From contig JANQFC010000065.1 in NCBI GenBank assembly GCA_028278035.1, positions 1,558 to 65,557 on the forward strand: a stretch of 64,000 bases of DNA, given 5' to 3'. Source of the DNA: Chlamydiales bacterium. GTDB lineage: Bacteria > Chlamydiota > Chlamydiia > Chlamydiales > SM23-39. The translations under genes were made by a program, and so were the position numbers. Of this stretch, positions 44,434-54,971 are shown in pieces (position 1 is the stretch's first letter; each line of letters begins with the position of its first letter). The notes under the pieces were generated by a model. That model ran no database searches. It was given only the letters and a program-made list of their open reading frames with translations, and was not told the DNA's origin.

Positions 44434-45993
44434 ATGAATAAATCAGAATACCATCAAATCGAAGAATTTCAAAACAGATCCAAAAAATTAAATGAACTAA
44501 AAGAGCTTGAAATAGAGCCTTATCCGCATAAGTATGCGCCTACACATATAGCAAAAGAGCTTCATGCCCTATTCGACGAAAAAAATATCGGCCATTCAGA
44601 TGATGCTGCTTCAGGGTCTACAGAATCTGTTAAGTTCGCAGGAAGATTAGTACTTTTTAGACCTATGGGTAAAAACGCCTTCGCCCAACTTCAAGACGAG
44701 ACCGGAAGAATTCAAATAATGATTAACAGAGATATTACAAAAGTAGAAGGCTATGATCCAGAAAAATCAAAAGACAAACAATCCCATATTAAATTTTTAG
44801 AAAAAAAAATAGATTTGGGTGACATAATCGGAGTAGAGGGAAATTTATTCCACACACAAAAAGGCGAACTTACAATTTTCGCAAAAAAAATAACTGTCTT
44901 ATGTAAAACGCTTCTTCCTCTTCCTGATAAACATAGCGGCCTTGCTGATCTGGGTGTTAAATACAGAAAAAGATGGTTAGACCTAATAACCGATAAAGAT
45001 GTCGTAGACAGATTTATTTTAAAAACCAAGATCTTAAAAATAATAAGAAACTATTTAGATGAATCTGACTTTTTAGAAGTTCAAACACCTATTTTACAAA
45101 ATACTTATGGTGGAGCCGAAGCAAGACCCTTTAAAACACACATCAATGCCTTAAATCAAGATATGTACTTAAGAATATCTCTAGAAATAAGCTTAAAAAA
45201 ACTACTGATCGGCGGACATAACAGGGTTTATGAGATCGGAAAAGTATTTAGGAATGAGGGTATAGATAAAACGCACAACCCTGAATTCACTTTATTAGAA
45301 GCATATGCTTCATATTGGGATTACAATGACCTAATGGAATTTACTGAAAATATGTACGAGCATATCGCCTTAAAATTATTTAATACAACAAAAATCAAAT
45401 ATCAGGACAAAGTAATAGATGTTAAGACTCCCTGGAAAAGGCTTACTATGAAAGAAGCTATAAAAGAATACGGCAAACTAGACGTTAATGAACTTACAGA
45501 CGAACAAATGATAAAAGAGCTTGAAAAAACAGATACAGATAGAAAAAAAATGAAAGGAGCTACAAGAGGAAAACTAATAGCCCTTTTATTCGAAGCTTTA
45601 GCAGAAGATAAACTGATCCAACCTCACCATATAACTGACCACCCTATAGAAACAACCCCTCTTTGCAAACCTCATAGAGATCCTTCTTTGAATAAAGAAA
45701 CAATAGTAGAAAGATTTGAAAGTTTTATGTTAGGCCATGAAATCTTAAATGCATATTCAGAACTAAACGATCCAATAATACAAAGAGAACTTTTAGAAGA
45801 GCAGGTGCAGAAAAAAGAACAAGGTGACGAGGAAGCACATCCTTTAGACGAAGAGTTTCTGGAAGCACTTTGCCAGGGCATGCCACCGGCAGCCGGTTTC
45901 GGAATAGGGCTCGATAGATTAATAATGTTATTTACTAACGCCCCGTCTATCAGAGACGTTATTTACTTCCCTATTATGAGACCAGAAGAATAG
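44434..45993 (+). CDS. lysS: lysyl-tRNA synthetase, class II
   Basis: OB-fold N-terminus, and motifs 2/3 (FRNEGIDKTHNPEFTLLE; GFGIGLDRL). Confidence 0.95.
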   Translation: MNKSEYHQIEEFQNRSKKLNELKELEIEPYPHKYAPTHIAKELHALFDEKNIGHSDDAASGSTESVKFAGRLVLFRPMGKNAFAQLQDETGRIQIMINRDITKVEGYDPEKSKDKQSHIKFLEKKIDLGDIIGVEGNLFHTQKGELTIFAKKITVLCKTLLPLPDKHSGLADLGVKYRKRWLDLITDKDVVDRFILKTKILKIIRNYLDESDFLEVQTPILQNTYGGAEARPFKTHINALNQDMYLRISLEISLKKLLIGGHNRVYEIGKVFRNEGIDKTHNPEFTLLEAYASYWDYNDLMEFTENMYEHIALKLFNTTKIKYQDKVIDVKTPWKRLTMKEAIKEYGKLDVNELTDEQMIKELEKTDTDRKKMKGATRGKLIALLFEALAEDKLIQPHHITDHPIETTPLCKPHRDPSLNKETIVERFESFMLGHEILNAYSELNDPIIQRELLEEQVQKKEQGDEEAHPLDEEFLEALCQGMPPAAGFGIGLDRLIMLFTNAPSIRDVIYFPIMRPEE

Positions 45994-46167
45994 TACTATT
46001 CACTAAAATTAATATGGAGTAAGAAAATAGCAGTTTTTGCATACTAAGAATATAATGCTAATGGTGAATTGAGCCCTTTTCAAACTCAAACAAAAAGGCA
46101 AGCTGCTTTACATGAAGAAATTCCCTTCTTTTAAGTAACATTTTCTTGTTAGTTTATTACTACTGAA

Positions 46168-46839
46168 TCAGGATAACAACTCGTGTTCAATATTAAACTG
46201 CATAATTGTATTTTCTAATATTTTCAACTGCCCTTGCAGCTTAACTAACATCACTTTAAACCCATCAATATAAGACCTGGAATCTAAACTTCTAGCTTCT
46301 ATCTGATTTTTTACTGATAAAATCTCTGCTTCTAAAATTGTTTTTTCTAATTCAAGTTTTGGTAAAAATATAGCTTTTAAAACTAAGATCTGCGATTGCA
46401 GTGCAGCCAATCTTTTTCCCATTTTTCGAAGCATCTTATCTTTTAGCTTTACATCAGTTTCCGATAAATTATACTTTTCCTGAAGAATATCTATTTCACT
46501 TATATCATCAGCACTATCATTGTCTGATACTAATGGACTATCAGAATCACTATTACTATCCGCTTCCTCTTCTATTTGAGGTGTTTTTTCTAATTGCTTT
46601 TCTTCTAATTGCCTCTGAACACTTTGAGCTGCCAAGGAACTCACAACAACTACTCCAATTGCCATAGCAGAGGATGCTGCCGGCATAGTTTCAAATGCTG
46701 CTCTACTTACCACGGCAGATACTGCTCCTAATAAAACAGGCACTGATGCTATAGAACTAAAAACACTATGAATAGGTTTTATAATATATTTTTTAAAGAA
46801 ATCATCTGATTTTAAAAGATTTAAATTTGCAATTATCAT
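46168..46839 (-). CDS. Inc-like membrane protein: bilobed hydrophobic domain + acidic linker + coiled coil
   Basis: IASVPVLLGAVSAVVSRAAFETMPAASSAMAIGVVVVSSLAA is followed by a Ser/Asp-rich stretch and heptad repeats. Confidence 0.5.
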   Translation of the reverse strand: MIIANLNLLKSDDFFKKYIIKPIHSVFSSIASVPVLLGAVSAVVSRAAFETMPAASSAMAIGVVVVSSLAAQSVQRQLEEKQLEKTPQIEEEADSNSDSDSPLVSDNDSADDISEIDILQEKYNLSETDVKLKDKMLRKMGKRLAALQSQILVLKAIFLPKLELEKTILEAEILSVKNQIEARSLDSRSYIDGFKVMLVKLQGQLKILENTIMQFNIEHELLS

Positions 46840-47369
46840 TACTACCTCTAATTATTATTATTTACAAAGATAATTATAAAATATTTTATATTAAATGTTA
46901 ACCTTTAATTAATATTTAAAATAATTATTATATTAATTAATAATATAAAATATTTTATAATTAATTAATAATTAATTTTTTAAAATAAAAGATAGAACAA
47001 TGACAGTAATAGAAGACCGACCTTTGATTCAGTTCCCCTATTACCACAACCATTAGCAGAAACACAAAAAAAATAAGCAAAGCGATAGAGCAATTAATAA
47101 AAGATCAACAAGAGCTAGAAAGAAGAATAGCTCTTATATAACAAGGCACAAAAACTCCCCAATCAACAAGAATATGCCTTGGGAAGCAAAACTTTTTTCT
47201 CTGGCTTTTGTAGCAAATGAAATAATAGAAGCTACCATTTTAAAATTAAAAGTTAATGCAAATAATATTTTGAAGGGCCTCAAAAGAGAAACCAATAAGT
47301 CTAGAACAAGTTACTTAACACAATAGTTCTTGCTGCAACTACTACCAGACACTCATAACAGCTAAAAAA

Positions 47370-48788
47370 CTATTTCTTCTTAAGCCGGGCGCCTTTTGGG
47401 GAATCTTCTATCACATAACCTTTGGATAAAATAAGATCTCTAAGCTCATCTGCCAGCTGCCAGTTCTTGTTTTTTCTAGCTTCTTGTCTTTTTTCTAAAA
47501 CCTGCATTACATCCGTGGGAATATTTTCATCTAATTTTATAAAAATAAAGCCCAGGACCTTATCTATTTCCTTTAGATAATCTAATACTTCTCTAGCATC
47601 TTCTGTGCCTAATTTATCTTGATCACATAAAATATTTATATCTTTTATAAGATCGAACAATGTTGATAAAGCCTTGGAAATATTTAAATCATCCTGCAAA
47701 GATGCAATAAAACTTTTTTTGGCTTTAGATATGATTTCATCTATTTGTCCCTTTGCCTCTTTACTATCAATAGATTCTAATCTATTGATAAAATCTTCTA
47801 TTCTTTCAATAGATTTTTTTGCAGCCTTCAAGCCTTCGAAAGTAAAATTCAGCTGAATTCTATAATGGGTATGCATCAGCATATATCTTACTTCTCTTCC
47901 GGAATACCCCATTTTAATTAAGTCTTTCAAAGTAAAAAAATTACCTAAACTTTTAGACATTTTTTTACCCTCTACAATTAAATGCTGAGAGTGAGCCCAG
48001 TGTTTTACAAATTTCATATTTGTATAAGATTCGGACTGCGCTATTTCATTTTCATGATGAGGAAATATGTTATCTACACCACCGCAATGTATATCAACCG
48101 TATTACCAAGTATCTTAAGGGCCATGGCCGAGCATTCTATATGCCAACCAGGCCTCCCTTTTCCAAAGGGGCTGTTCCAATAAATATTGCCGTCTCTTTT
48201 TTCATCAAAAGCTTTCCATAAAACAAAGTCCGATGCATTTTCCTTATCATATTCATCTGAAGAAATCCGCTCTGAAGCTCCTTTTTTTAATTCATTTAAA
48301 TTTAAATGAGACAACCTCCCATAATCTTTAAACTTATCGATAGCAAAATAAATACTACCGTCCGCTCCCTTATAGGCAATTCCTTTTTTTATCAAATGAG
48401 AAATAATGTCTATCATCATCTCAATGTATTGTGTGGCTTTAGGAAAATGTTCGGCCTTGTCGATATTCAAAACATTCAAATCATCAAAAAAAGCCTGCCT
48501 GAAAGGCTCTGTATATTCATGAAGGGTTATACCTTTTTTTATAGCACCTTTAATCGTTTTATCGTCTATATCAGTAATATTCATGACCTGAGTTACCTCA
48601 TAGCCAAAATACTTCAAACATCTTCTTAAAAGATCTTCAAAAACATAAGTCCTGAAATTTCCGATATGGGCAAAATCATAAATAGTAGGTCCACATGTAT
48701 ACAAAAGAACTTCTTTGTTGTTAGAAGGTTCTATTTTTTCTTTTTTTCTGCTTTCAGTATTATAAAGCTCGAGATAATTTTTAATCAT
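47370..48788 (-). CDS. cysS: cysteinyl-tRNA synthetase
   Basis: HIGN (AHIGNFR) and KMSKS (KMSKSLGN) motifs. Confidence 0.95.
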   Translation of the reverse strand: MIKNYLELYNTESRKKEKIEPSNNKEVLLYTCGPTIYDFAHIGNFRTYVFEDLLRRCLKYFGYEVTQVMNITDIDDKTIKGAIKKGITLHEYTEPFRQAFFDDLNVLNIDKAEHFPKATQYIEMMIDIISHLIKKGIAYKGADGSIYFAIDKFKDYGRLSHLNLNELKKGASERISSDEYDKENASDFVLWKAFDEKRDGNIYWNSPFGKGRPGWHIECSAMALKILGNTVDIHCGGVDNIFPHHENEIAQSESYTNMKFVKHWAHSQHLIVEGKKMSKSLGNFFTLKDLIKMGYSGREVRYMLMHTHYRIQLNFTFEGLKAAKKSIERIEDFINRLESIDSKEAKGQIDEIISKAKKSFIASLQDDLNISKALSTLFDLIKDINILCDQDKLGTEDAREVLDYLKEIDKVLGFIFIKLDENIPTDVMQVLEKRQEARKNKNWQLADELRDLILSKGYVIEDSPKGARLKKK

Positions 48789-48791
48789 AAT

Positions 48792-51479
48792 TTACTCTAT
48801 CATTGTTTGCAGATATCTAAAGTCAATTTTACCGGTCCCCATAAGAGGAATCTCATCAACTTTTTTAACATCTGTAATTTTTACAAGTCTGCTGAAGCCA
48901 GCTTCTTTTAAAATCAAGTTAACTTCCTGCTTATCTATTTCTTCTGTAGTAAATAATACTAACAATGGTCTTCCACTGAAAGATTCGTCTGCTACAATTG
49001 CAACGATCGGACCTTCATATGTTTTTTTAGTTCTCTGTGTCAATTCATCTGTTATCACTTCTTCAATTCCGCCTAAACTGACCATCTCTCCTGCAACTTT
49101 AGCAAAACGCTTGAGCCTGCCTGATAAGAAAAGATTATTATCTTTATCTACATAACCTAAGTCTCCGGATCTATACCATTTTTCATTATCAATTTCAATG
49201 AACGGATTTTTATCTTCCGCTAAGTACCCGCTAAAAATATTATCTCCTTTTATGCAAATTTCGCCTTCTTTTCCTTTTTCTAAAGGAGTGTCTGTTTCCG
49301 GATCTACCGTACAAATTTCAACCCCCTGAATAATTTGCCCGACTCCTTTGGGTTCTGCTCCAACTTTATTTAAACTTACAACAGGTGAACATTCTGTTAT
49401 TCCATAACCTTCGATTATTTGTTTACCATCCAAACTCTTAACCTTCTCAAAAATCTCTTTAGACGTCTTTTCTGCTCCCGTAACAAAAACCTTGATAGAT
49501 TTTAGCTCTTCTTTAGAAGCCGCCTGTAAAAGTCCTCTCAAAAAGCTTGGGGCTATACATATCCAAGAAGCTTTCCATCTTGAAATACCTTCGGCCAGAG
49601 CGTACCCGTCCGTCGGATCCGGATAATATGCTACTTTCAGACCTGCCAATATCGGCAGTATTCCAACCAAAGAAAATCCAAATGAATGAAAAGGAGGTAA
49701 GACTCCATAAAAAATATCATCTGCTTGTAGATCAACGCATTTCAAAGCAGCTCTCTGATTAGAAAGCAGGTTTTTATGAGATAAAGGAACTCCTTTAGGA
49801 TTCGATTCTGTTCCTGAGGTGAATAATACAACTGCTGTATCATTTTCTGAAATTTTATCAAGGCCTAAAGCTTTTATTAATCCTTTTGTACTCTTAAAAG
49901 ATTTAAATAACCCAGCCAGTTTTTTCTTTTTGGAAATCTGTTTTTTAATATCTTCCAAATAATGAATTTTTTTAGTTAAATGTCCAAACTCAACATTTGA
50001 TAATTTTTCTAAAAACTTCCAAGAACTTATTACATGTTCGGAATGAGTCACCTGCATCATATGATTTAAATATCTAGGTCCCAGAGTCCAATTGAGCATA
50101 ACAGGCACCTTGTTAGCTAATAAGGTAGCTAATATAACTAAATAAGCACCAACAGATGCCGGCAATAAAATTGCAATATGATTTCCCGGATATTTCTTTA
50201 TTTCCTGAGTTAAAACTAAAGCTGCCAGTTTTAATTTTTTATATGTTAATATGCCGGAAACATCATCTCCTACAGCTGAATGTTTTTTCATCTTGTCGCA
50301 AGCTATTAAAAAAGCTTCCTGAATAGTTTTTCCTTCAGGAAGAAAAGGCTTCGGTCTTTTCTTATCTTCAGGCCAAGCGTTCAAAGATGTTTCTTCAACT
50401 GGTTTTCTTTGTAGTGCTTTAGTGCCTTCTGCTATTTCCAAAACATCCTGCACTGTTTCTATATCTTCCGGATGAATAGCAGGAATATCATAGTTCACGG
50501 ATAAAAAAGTAACTACTTCTGCAATATCCAAAGAATCAAGACCAAGGTCCATAGCTAAATCCATATTAGATCTAATATTTGATTCCGGCATTTTAGATAT
50601 CTTTGCCAATTCCATATAAACGTTTTGTTCAAGCTTAGAGGCAAATTCCCTTCCTTTGTCTAGTTTTTTTTGATCTTTATGCTGAACCTTTAAAAACTTT
50701 TCAGTAAATGGGCTATAAGACACAGTATTAATCGGTTCTACAGCAGCACAACCTTCTTTTGTAGGATATTTATTATACCATTGTTCTAAATATTTATTAA
50801 TTTCCAGTCTTGTACCATGTCTTGGAAAAGACTCGTCTGCTATTTGCATTTCAATTAAGATCTTTCTTCTTGGAAGAAAAAATAAGAATGCCTTTAAACA
50901 GTATTTTATTCCTCTTATGACCATAGCCTTAAAATCAGGAGATCTTCCTGTATATGCTCTTGAAAAACTACTGCCCCAGAGGCCTGTGGTCCTAACTAAA
51001 ACCACATTAGCATTAGGGCATGCCTGCAATATAGTATGGGTAGCTGAAGCTCCTCCTAATATTTCTTTCCCTGTATGCTTTAATCTTCCAGCCGGATATA
51101 TCAAATAATTTTCTTTTTTTTTGACTCCCTGAATAATCTTTTGTATTGCAGCTTTCGCTTTTTTTAATTTGATTTCATTTAATGAAGTATCGAAGTTCGG
51201 CATTGCGATCGCCTGAACGCCTTTCATAACAAAATTAATCCCGCCTTGACGGTAGATATACTCTACCACTATTGGATGCAGCCTAAATTTAGGCCACAAA
51301 TAAATAGATAATAAAATCGGATCAATGTGAGCTGGGTGGTTTGGCAAAATTAAAGTTCCAACATCTTTGTTCAAAAATTTCTTTTTTATTTGTTTAATAC
51401 CTTTAACTTTTACTTTATATCTAAGACGCATAATGCATCTAACCAAAAGGCACGATAAACTAACAATAAACCAACGCAT
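48792..51479 (-). CDS. aas: tri-domain lysophospholipid acyltransferase / carrier-protein / acyl-ACP (AMP-forming) synthetase, Aas-like
   Basis: N-terminal PlsC-type HX4D (NHPAHIDP). A central carrier domain has LGLDSLD (Ser codon at 50532-50534). The C-terminal adenylate-forming domain has TSGTESNPKG. Confidence 0.8.
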   Translation of the reverse strand: MRWFIVSLSCLLVRCIMRLRYKVKVKGIKQIKKKFLNKDVGTLILPNHPAHIDPILLSIYLWPKFRLHPIVVEYIYRQGGINFVMKGVQAIAMPNFDTSLNEIKLKKAKAAIQKIIQGVKKKENYLIYPAGRLKHTGKEILGGASATHTILQACPNANVVLVRTTGLWGSSFSRAYTGRSPDFKAMVIRGIKYCLKAFLFFLPRRKILIEMQIADESFPRHGTRLEINKYLEQWYNKYPTKEGCAAVEPINTVSYSPFTEKFLKVQHKDQKKLDKGREFASKLEQNVYMELAKISKMPESNIRSNMDLAMDLGLDSLDIAEVVTFLSVNYDIPAIHPEDIETVQDVLEIAEGTKALQRKPVEETSLNAWPEDKKRPKPFLPEGKTIQEAFLIACDKMKKHSAVGDDVSGILTYKKLKLAALVLTQEIKKYPGNHIAILLPASVGAYLVILATLLANKVPVMLNWTLGPRYLNHMMQVTHSEHVISSWKFLEKLSNVEFGHLTKKIHYLEDIKKQISKKKKLAGLFKSFKSTKGLIKALGLDKISENDTAVVLFTSGTESNPKGVPLSHKNLLSNQRAALKCVDLQADDIFYGVLPPFHSFGFSLVGILPILAGLKVAYYPDPTDGYALAEGISRWKASWICIAPSFLRGLLQAASKEELKSIKVFVTGAEKTSKEIFEKVKSLDGKQIIEGYGITECSPVVSLNKVGAEPKGVGQIIQGVEICTVDPETDTPLEKGKEGEICIKGDNIFSGYLAEDKNPFIEIDNEKWYRSGDLGYVDKDNNLFLSGRLKRFAKVAGEMVSLGGIEEVITDELTQRTKKTYEGPIVAIVADESFSGRPLLVLFTTEEIDKQEVNLILKEAGFSRLVKITDVKKVDEIPLMGTGKIDFRYLQTMIE

Positions 51480-51748
51480 ATCTATCCTTTTTATGATTTT
51501 GTAATACTCTATTTTACTATGAAATGAATTTTGAGCCAGAGTTTTCTATAGCTTTAAATAATTATTTATACTTATGAAATGTATCAATAATTGTAATCCT
51601 GCTAAAATGCTTCCCTACCTCTCCTCCCTTAATTATATCTTAATATAAATTAAACTACCTAATATTAATAGGTTAATTAAACTAAATAAAAACTAAATTG
51701 CTTTTTTAATTTAAAATAATTAAATATTAAAACAAGAGGAAGATAAAA

Positions 51749-51943
51749 ATGAAAATAAAAAAAACACCTAAGCAGCCATCTCCTTCAGACAAGAGTGACA
51801 AATGGCAGGAGCTGGCAAATTTAGTAAGCTCAACTTACAGAAGAAAATTCTCTTTGATCGAGGAAGTAAAAGATCCTGCCTTAAAAAAAATCCACGAGCA
51901 AAGAGAAAAGATCTTTTCAAAAATTCCAAAAACAAAAAAATAA
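51749..51943 (+). CDS. small basic hypothetical protein
   Basis: 64-aa ORF with a GAGGAAG SD upstream. Confidence 0.4.
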   Translation: MKIKKTPKQPSPSDKSDKWQELANLVSSTYRRKFSLIEEVKDPALKKIHEQREKIFSKIPKTKK

Positions 51944-52034
51944 TATTTACAATTTTTTTATAAAATTTTCTTGATTTTTTAAAAAATATTTATGCATACT
52001 TAATAATAGTTGGAACCAAATAACGGAGGTTAAC

Positions 52035-52313
52035 ATGGCAATTCAGCCCCCAGATCCAAGAAGAATTTTAGATAATCATAAAGTAACAGAAAAAAATAAA
52101 ATTCCCCAAGAGCAGAATCCTACACTAAAAGATATGACACCTGCTATACCTACTATCCAGTTAGTCGGCCGATATGCTAATACTAAAGAAGTAGATTATC
52201 AATACCAAAAAGGCAGAACTTTCCAAAACAAGCCGCCAAAAAATAATACGAACAAAATAAACCCACAAGCTATTATTACAACTTCTTTGCCGGCAAATAC
52301 TACAAAAGCATAA
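52035..52313 (+). CDS. hypothetical Pro/Asn/Thr-rich protein
   Basis: 92-aa ORF with a GGAGG SD upstream and low-complexity composition. Confidence 0.4.
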   Translation: MAIQPPDPRRILDNHKVTEKNKIPQEQNPTLKDMTPAIPTIQLVGRYANTKEVDYQYQKGRTFQNKPPKNNTNKINPQAIITTSLPANTTKA

Positions 52314-52321
52314 AAAGGCTA

Positions 52322-52861
52322 TTAAATAGCCTTTTTATAGACTTTAGCAATAGCTATAGTCTTTATTATATCTAATGGAATAAACGGCAATAAGCCTAAT
52401 AATATTGCTTTATTTATACCTACAAAAATGCTGAACCATAAAGATCCTGTGATCAATACAATCAAATGAGCTAATAAAACAACATAAGATATATTCTTGG
52501 TTGTTTTATTTTTTAATCTGTCAAATAACGCTTTAGCAATATAACAAGCAAAGAAATACCCAAAAATATAACCGCCTGTAGTAGAGGCTAAATAAGAAAA
52601 TCCATAATTGCCATTAGAAAAAAACGGAAATCCTATAGCTCCCAAAAATATAAAAAGAAGTACTGAAGCAGCCGCTTTTTGTTTTTTAAAAAATAATGCA
52701 TATGAAATAGCTAGTGAATTTTGTAAAACCAAAGGAACCGGAGTGAAAAATAAAGGGATCATTATTTTAGCAAAAAACCCAAGAACAATACTTCCAGCTA
52801 TTACTTCAGCTATATCTTTTACTATTGAAAAATAACTTTTTTTTAAAATCGTAACGAACAT
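52322..52861 (-). CDS. bioY: biotin transporter BioY
   Basis: TGGYIFGYFF motif and a 5-6 TM profile. The start was chosen at the ATG at 52861 (MFVTILK...). Confidence 0.8.
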   Translation of the reverse strand: MFVTILKKSYFSIVKDIAEVIAGSIVLGFFAKIMIPLFFTPVPLVLQNSLAISYALFFKKQKAAASVLLFIFLGAIGFPFFSNGNYGFSYLASTTGGYIFGYFFACYIAKALFDRLKNKTTKNISYVVLLAHLIVLITGSLWFSIFVGINKAILLGLLPFIPLDIIKTIAIAKVYKKAI

Positions 52862-52892
52862 ATAAACCTCAAAAAATTTTTGATAAAACAAC

Positions 52893-53312
52893 TTACAGCT
52901 TTTGCAAAATAATATCAACTTGCTTAGCTATTTCTTTTGATTGAGGATAGGTTATTTTATCAGCTGCTTTTTTTATATCAATCCAGCATCCGTCCAAAAT
53001 TTCATTTGGATGAATTTTAGCTTCATTTTTAACTTCTGCTAAAAAATAATATGCTTTTTTGATAACTACATCATTATTTTTTTTAAACTGATACTGCTCA
53101 ACTATAGGCTCATCATACAAATACCTGATTACTTCTAAATCAGTTTCTTCTTTTAATTCTCTTTGAGCTGTTTGTTGAGCTGTTTCGGATAAATTAGGAT
53201 GCCCCTTGGGAAACCCCCAATGATTGCCACTTTTTAATTTTACTAAAAAAGTAAGCCATGAATTATTTTCTTTTTTTAAAGCAATTGTGCCAAAACTTTC
53301 TTCGTATAACAT
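52893..53312 (-). CDS. NUDIX hydrolase (Ap4A-hydrolase-like)
   Basis: Nudix box GFPKGHPNLSETAQQTAQRELKEETDL. Confidence 0.8.
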   Translation of the reverse strand: MLYEESFGTIALKKENNSWLTFLVKLKSGNHWGFPKGHPNLSETAQQTAQRELKEETDLEVIRYLYDEPIVEQYQFKKNNDVVIKKAYYFLAEVKNEAKIHPNEILDGCWIDIKKAADKITYPQSKEIAKQVDIILQKL

Positions 53313-53314
53313 AT

Positions 53315-54568
53315 TTAACCTTTATATGAAGCAAACGCAACTGCAGAATTATGCCCACCAAATCCGAAAGAAAAGGAAATTGCAGCTTTTACTTTATGTT
53401 CTTTCGCTTCATTTGCTACTGGATCTAAATCTTTTAATTCACTTTCGGGATTTTTTAAATTAATTGTCGGATGAAGCATATTTGTATTGATAGCTTTAAT
53501 CGTTGCTATAGCTTCAACACCGCCGGCAGCTCCTAAACAATGACCTGTCATTGACTTAGTGGCATTCATTTTAATATTTTTGGTATGACCGTCAAATACC
53601 TTATGAATAGCTCTAATCTCACATAAGTCCCCTGCTATTGTTGAAGTAGCATGAGCGTTTATATAATTGATATCAGAAACAGATAGGTCTGCATCTTTAA
53701 TCGCACCTTCAATACATTTAGCAACTATAGAACCGTCTTCTCTGGGCTCTGTCATATGAAATGCATCACAATTTATATCCCCGCCTAAATACTCAGCAAA
53801 AATAGGAGCTTTTCTAGCTATAGCATGATCTAAATCTTCTAAAACTAAAACTCCTGCACCTTCCCCCATCACAAAACCATCCCTTGTTTTGTCCCAAGGC
53901 CTCGATGCTTTTTTAGGTTCATTATTTCTCTGTGATATTGCTTTGGCTGCTATAAATCCGGTAAGTCCGATCGGCGACATAGGAGCTTCCGAGCCCCCGC
54001 ACAACATTAAATCGGCCCTACCCTGTCTTATTTGTTCTGCAGCTGCATGAATACAGTAATTAGAAGTAGCGCATGCAGTAGAAATAGAATAGTTTGGCCC
54101 TTGAAAACCTAAATCAATAGCAAGCAGGGCTCCTGCCATATTTGTGATGATTACAGGAACAAAAAATGGAGTTAATCTTTTATATCCTGATTTTTCAATT
54201 GTATTTACCCCGTCAAAAAAGCTTTTCATACCTCCCATACCGGAACCAACAATAGCTCCATATCTTAAATGATCATCTATCATATCAGGAGTAAACTTGG
54301 ACATCTCCAAAGCTTTTTTACCAGCTACCATAGCATATCTGATAAAAGGATCTGCTCTTCTAGCTAACTTCTTCGGCATATATTCACCGACATCAAAGCC
54401 TCTTATTATCCCGGCTATTTTAGTCGGATATTCAGAGCAGTCAAATTCAGTAATAGTACTAACACCGCTTTCACCATTTAGCAAAGAATTATAAAACTCG
54501 TCAACATCGTTTCCAAAACAGGAAACAAGTCCCATCCCTGTAACAACTATTCTTCTTTTTTTAGTCAT
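53315..54568 (-). CDS. fabF: 3-oxoacyl-ACP synthase II
   Basis: Active-site ACATS, the HATST/HMTEP His residues, and a GFGGHN C-terminus. Confidence 0.95.
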   Translation of the reverse strand: MTKKRRIVVTGMGLVSCFGNDVDEFYNSLLNGESGVSTITEFDCSEYPTKIAGIIRGFDVGEYMPKKLARRADPFIRYAMVAGKKALEMSKFTPDMIDDHLRYGAIVGSGMGGMKSFFDGVNTIEKSGYKRLTPFFVPVIITNMAGALLAIDLGFQGPNYSISTACATSNYCIHAAAEQIRQGRADLMLCGGSEAPMSPIGLTGFIAAKAISQRNNEPKKASRPWDKTRDGFVMGEGAGVLVLEDLDHAIARKAPIFAEYLGGDINCDAFHMTEPREDGSIVAKCIEGAIKDADLSVSDINYINAHATSTIAGDLCEIRAIHKVFDGHTKNIKMNATKSMTGHCLGAAGGVEAIATIKAINTNMLHPTINLKNPESELKDLDPVANEAKEHKVKAAISFSFGFGGHNSAVAFASYKG

Positions 54569-54942
54569 ATATTTTCTACCTGGGGTTCTACTTTGATATT
54601 CAAGTCAATTATTTTGCTATCAGGAAATAATTTTTCTATATCGTACTTTATTCGATAGTCAGGCTTGAAAATATGAACCATAATATTCATGTAGTCCAAC
54701 ACTACCCAGTCAGGCTCTTTCATTCCTTCCGTATAAATCGGTCTTTCGTTTTGTTTTTTCATTTCATCAATTACTGTATCTGCAATTGCTTTAACATGTC
54801 TATCAACACTGCCTTCAGCAATTATCACATAATCAGTAATTGACGATAAGCCTTTAACATCCAAAGCTAAAATATTAAAGCCTTTTTTGTCATAAATAGC
54901 TTGTGCAATTGTATTTAAAATATCAAAAATATTACTTTTCAT
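54565..54942 (-). CDS. rsfS: ribosome silencing factor RsfS (Iojap family)
   Basis: Size and the DYVIIAEGSVDRHVKAIAD...DWVVLDYMNIMVHIF pattern. Confidence 0.85.
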   Translation of the reverse strand: MKSNIFDILNTIAQAIYDKKGFNILALDVKGLSSITDYVIIAEGSVDRHVKAIADTVIDEMKKQNERPIYTEGMKEPDWVVLDYMNIMVHIFKPDYRIKYDIEKLFPDSKIIDLNIKVEPQVENI

Positions 54943-54971
54943 TTAAATTTAAAATTCTAAAATTTAACAAG

